DNA of 39,323 nt from an uncultured Armatimonadaceae bacterium (GTDB taxonomy: Bacteria; Armatimonadota; Armatimonadia; Armatimonadales; Armatimonadaceae). This document shows positions 36,874-39,323 of this stretch, in pieces (the first letter of the stretch is position 1; every line of letters begins with the position of its first letter). The notes below the pieces were generated by a model. The model saw only the letters and a list, made by a program, of their open reading frames with translations. It made no database searches and had not been told where the DNA came from. The translations under genes were made by a program, and so were the position numbers. The stretch is from positions 1-39,323 of the forward strand of contig CAXUMS010000014.1 in assembly GCA_964252165.1 (NCBI GenBank), in the 5' to 3' direction.

Positions 36874-37635
36874 CTATCCGCCGGGGCGAGATAGTTCTAA
36901 ATCCCAACTTGCGTAGTATTTGTCGCGGTCCAGATTTTTGGCGTGACCGTCCGCGAACAAAGAGTTGTAGCGGCGTCCGGCGACCGGGCCGCCGTGCCAT
37001 TTGCCGTCGGCGTCGAACAGGATAATGAGTTCGGTCGGGCCGTGTTCCGCGTAGGGCGGGGCGGCGTCGTAGCCGCCGGTTGTGCTGTAGAGTTTGCCCT
37101 CGAACGCAAGCGCGGTGCGGTAAAAGTACGACGTGCCGTATTTCTCGTAGCAGGACGGGCGCGCGGGCAACTTGGCGGGCTGACCGTCGAAGCCCATCAG
37201 ATCGTCCACGACATCGAAACCGCTGTCGGACGGGCAACGGAAAATGTCGCGGCTTTTGATGTAGGGTTGCAAAACCTCGTGGAGAAACGGCATCGTGTTG
37301 ATGCGGAACACCGTCGCCGGGTCGCTTCCCCACAAACCGGTGTACTTGTCGGCGGGGTCTTGCCCGTTCGGGTACAGGTCATCGTAGTCGTCGGCGTACA
37401 TCCCGATCGCCATTCCCACTTGACGGAGGTTCGACAAGCATGCGGTTTGCCGCGCCTTGCCGCGCGCGGTCGCGAACACGGGGAAGATGATCGCCGCGAG
37501 CAAGGCGATGATGCCGATTACCACGAAAAGCTCGATCAGGGTAAAAGCGGCGCATCGCTTTTCCCGCCGCGCCGAGGCGCATGTGCGGATGGATTGTTTT
37601 TGGCGACCACGGCTCACGGTTGTTTCTCCCCTCAA
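36874..37635 (-). CDS. DUF1559 (H-X9-DG) protein with prepilin-type N-terminal cleavage/methylation domain
   Basis: FTLIELFVVIGIIALLAAIIFPVF type-IV-pilin-like N-terminal helix. C-terminal LFADGHAKNLD (H-X9-DG). The annotated leader is unusually long, so the start is uncertain. Confidence 0.8.
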   Translation of the reverse strand: MRGETTVSRGRQKQSIRTCASARREKRCAAFTLIELFVVIGIIALLAAIIFPVFATARGKARQTACLSNLRQVGMAIGMYADDYDDLYPNGQDPADKYTGLWGSDPATVFRINTMPFLHEVLQPYIKSRDIFRCPSDSGFDVVDDLMGFDGQPAKLPARPSCYEKYGTSYFYRTALAFEGKLYSTTGGYDAAPPYAEHGPTELIILFDADGKWHGGPVAGRRYNSLFADGHAKNLDRDKYYASWDLELSRPGG

Positions 37636-37676
37636 AAACCACTGACGCGGATCGTAACCCGCGTTTTTAACTTATT

Positions 37677-38417
37677 CTAGTTCGAGCAGACAAACGACTC
37701 GAAACGCGATGCGCGCACTTGCTTCCATTCGGGTGCGGTTTTGTTACCCTCGGCTTCGTCGGCGCGGCGTAGGCGCGTCACCTCGCGTATCAAAACATCG
37801 CGCTCGGCGGATAAGCGCGCGGCGGTGTCGGTGTCTTCAAGAAGGGACTGCTTATCGTCGTTTTCCACCGGCAGAACGCAGGCGGCGGTAAAGGATAGTA
37901 CCTCCGGCTCATCCGGCAGATCGAACTCGACCTCGCGCCGCCCCATCAGGGCGAGCGTGCGCGTTAGGTAGTCCCGTAGCAGTTTCTGCACCTCCTCGGC
38001 AAGCGTCACCACCGCTTCCGTATCGGTCGGTGCATCCTGCATCGTTTCTACCAGACCGACCCGGTATGGCTCGGACTCGTGCGTATCCAGCAGGCGGAAA
38101 CGCTTTTCCCCCACGACCTCGATATTCATACAGCCATCGGGGAGCCGCTCGACCCGCGCAATTCGGGCCGTGCATCCGATAGCGTGCGTCGCCGCCTCAC
38201 CGGTAACCGTTTCCCCATCCGATGTCAGCACGATACCAAACGGCAAGGATCTACTGACGCAATGGTTAATCATGTCCTTGTACCGCTCTTCAAAAATATG
38301 AAGCGGCAACAGCATATGGGGAAACAAAACCAGCGGCAACGGGAAAAGCGGCACCTCGGATACGCCCGAAGATTCGCCGGACAAAGGGGGTTCCACAGGC
38401 GGACGCACTCCTCGCAT
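37677..38417 (-). CDS. Lon N-terminal (substrate-binding, PUA-like) domain-only protein
   Basis: Start at ATG 38415-38417 (MRGVRPP...). PLFPLPLVLFPHMLLPLHIFEERY matches the Lon N-domain start. No AAA+ or protease domain. The longer track ORF adds an Arg-rich leader. Confidence 0.6.
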   Translation of the reverse strand: MRGVRPPVEPPLSGESSGVSEVPLFPLPLVLFPHMLLPLHIFEERYKDMINHCVSRSLPFGIVLTSDGETVTGEAATHAIGCTARIARVERLPDGCMNIEVVGEKRFRLLDTHESEPYRVGLVETMQDAPTDTEAVVTLAEEVQKLLRDYLTRTLALMGRREVEFDLPDEPEVLSFTAACVLPVENDDKQSLLEDTDTAARLSAERDVLIREVTRLRRADEAEGNKTAPEWKQVRASRFESFVCSN

Positions 38418-38451
38418 TTTTACGACTGTCAATAAAACGAAAGAACGCGCT

Positions 38452-38736
38452 TTACGCTTCCACCAAAGTGGCGAAACCCTTGTCCACGCCGAGCGCGACA
38501 AACTCCTCGCAGGTTTGCGGGATGGGCGCGTTGTCTTTGGCGGCGGTGTTATACCGGCGTGTGGCTTCCTGCGCGAACGCAAGCGGGGGCATTCGCTTGA
38601 CCACGGCGGCAATCAAGAACGGCGCTTCCTGCGCGACCCGTTTTTGCATCGCGGCGATCACGCCCTCGGCATTCGCGCCTTCCACAACTTCGTTGACCTT
38701 GATGCCGCCATTTTCAAAATTTACGTGTAGTTTCAT
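38452..38736 (-). CDS. small hypothetical protein (94 aa)
   Basis: ORF with plausible non-biased composition, 34 nt upstream of the Lon-N gene on the same strand. No motif recognised. Confidence 0.35.
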   Translation of the reverse strand: MKLHVNFENGGIKVNEVVEGANAEGVIAAMQKRVAQEAPFLIAAVVKRMPPLAFAQEATRRYNTAAKDNAPIPQTCEEFVALGVDKGFATLVEA

Positions 38737-38891
38737 CCGATTCGCCTTTTAATTTGCGCTTGAATATCTTTCATTATAGGCGGCCCGCAGGCGCAGTGTC
38801 AACAAATAAGGGCATTGAAAAAACGGAACGTTGGGGGACGACGAGCGTCAAAAGGAATGCAGTTTACCTTCATGGTTGAGGATTTTTAACA

Positions 38892-39323
38892 TTGACACCG
38901 GAAAACAAAAATGACGGCTTAACCGAAACGCCGCCGCGCTGGAACCTTGCCGACCTGTACGACGGACCACAGGACGCGCGTATCGAGACGGATCTGAACG
39001 ATTTGAAACGGCGCGCGGAGGCGTTCTCGGCGAAGTACAAGGGGCGCGTCGCGGATCTTACGGCATCGGAACTTGCGGACGCCTTGCGTGAATACGAGGA
39101 TCTGTACCGGCAAGGCAGTTTGCCCAACGCGTTCGCGGGTTTGCGTTTCGCCGCCGATGCCAGCCCCGAAAACGGCGCGCAGGTGCAAAAGGTGCGCGAG
39201 CGCACTACCGATGCGACGTTGCCCCTTTTGTTCTTCGATCTGGAGCTTGCCAAAATTCCCGTGGACGATTTGGCGGCCCGAGGCGAGTCCCCGGAACTTG
39301 TCGCATACCGGCATTACCTGCAA
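38892..39323 (+). CDS. M3-family oligoendopeptidase F (PepF-like), 5' part; continues past the window end
   Basis: Frame opens after TGA 38877-38879. TTG at 38892 with GAGGA 9 nt upstream. Translation ...RWNLADLYDGPQDARIETDLNDLKRRAEAFSAKYKGRVADLTASELADALREYEDLYRQ... matches the PepF N-terminal region. Not in the ORF track because there is no stop in the window. Confidence 0.55.
   Translation, partial: MTPENKNDGLTETPPRWNLADLYDGPQDARIETDLNDLKRRAEAFSAKYKGRVADLTASELADALREYEDLYRQGSLPNAFAGLRFAADASPENGAQVQKVRERTTDATLPLLFFDLELAKIPVDDLAARGESPELVAYRHYLQ

Noticed and set aside
36389-36916. ORF 36389..36916(+) 175 aa (RGRRGRGRRAHGR...)
   Set aside because: Off-frame read through the HAD gene and the 41-bp palindrome. 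Arg-rich nonsense.
1-39323. CRISPR arrays, tRNA, rRNA, IS/transposase or integrase genes
   Set aside because: No regularly spaced direct repeats, no cloverleaf-like conserved tRNA features in the intergenic gaps, no rRNA-like conserved blocks, and no transposase or integrase-like ORFs were seen. The long inverted repeats lack any associated transposase.

Overview
High-GC (~65%) bacterial chromosomal segment. Its centre is a ~17.5 kb respiratory supercluster on the minus strand: a CtaA-CtaB (heme A synthase / heme O synthase) fusion gene, then one tightly packed 13-gene operon. That operon runs actA-actB-actC-actD-actE-actF (alternative complex III), a membrane-anchored hypothetical, SCO1/SenC, and a caa3-type cytochrome c oxidase (subunit II with a fused cytochrome c domain, I, III, IV). 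Left flank: two tandem Tat-signal secreted paralogs (one frameshifted in a C7 homopolymer), an acyltransferase-3 membrane protein, a DUF192 lipoprotein, a Gfo/Idh/MocA oxidoreductase, an SMR efflux protein, a ThuA-like protein, a CBS-pair protein, and a PAP2 phosphatase that is also frameshifted. Right flank: a PPP-family metallophosphatase divergent from a secreted protein made of three tandem STN-like domains, a short acyl-ACP-desaturase-like diiron protein, a SHOCT-domain protein, a RelA/SpoT-type HD hydrolase-like protein, a putative exosortase / EpsI-like / lipoprotein trio, a His-rich NfeD plus flotillin pair, a Cof-type HAD hydrolase, a DUF1559 prepilin-like protein, a Lon N-domain-only protein, and the 5' part of an M3 oligoendopeptidase F. 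No rRNA, tRNA or CRISPR was found. The most unusual items are (i) three long AT-rich inverted-repeat structures sitting exactly in intergenic gaps, including a nested ~320 bp element and a perfect 41-bp-arm palindrome; (ii) His/Gly-rich low-complexity insertions in several respiratory subunits and in NfeD; and (iii) two homopolymer-type frameshifts. DUF1559, a possible exosortase and ThuA suggest a PVC-superphylum or Armatimonadota-like lineage, but this is inference only.
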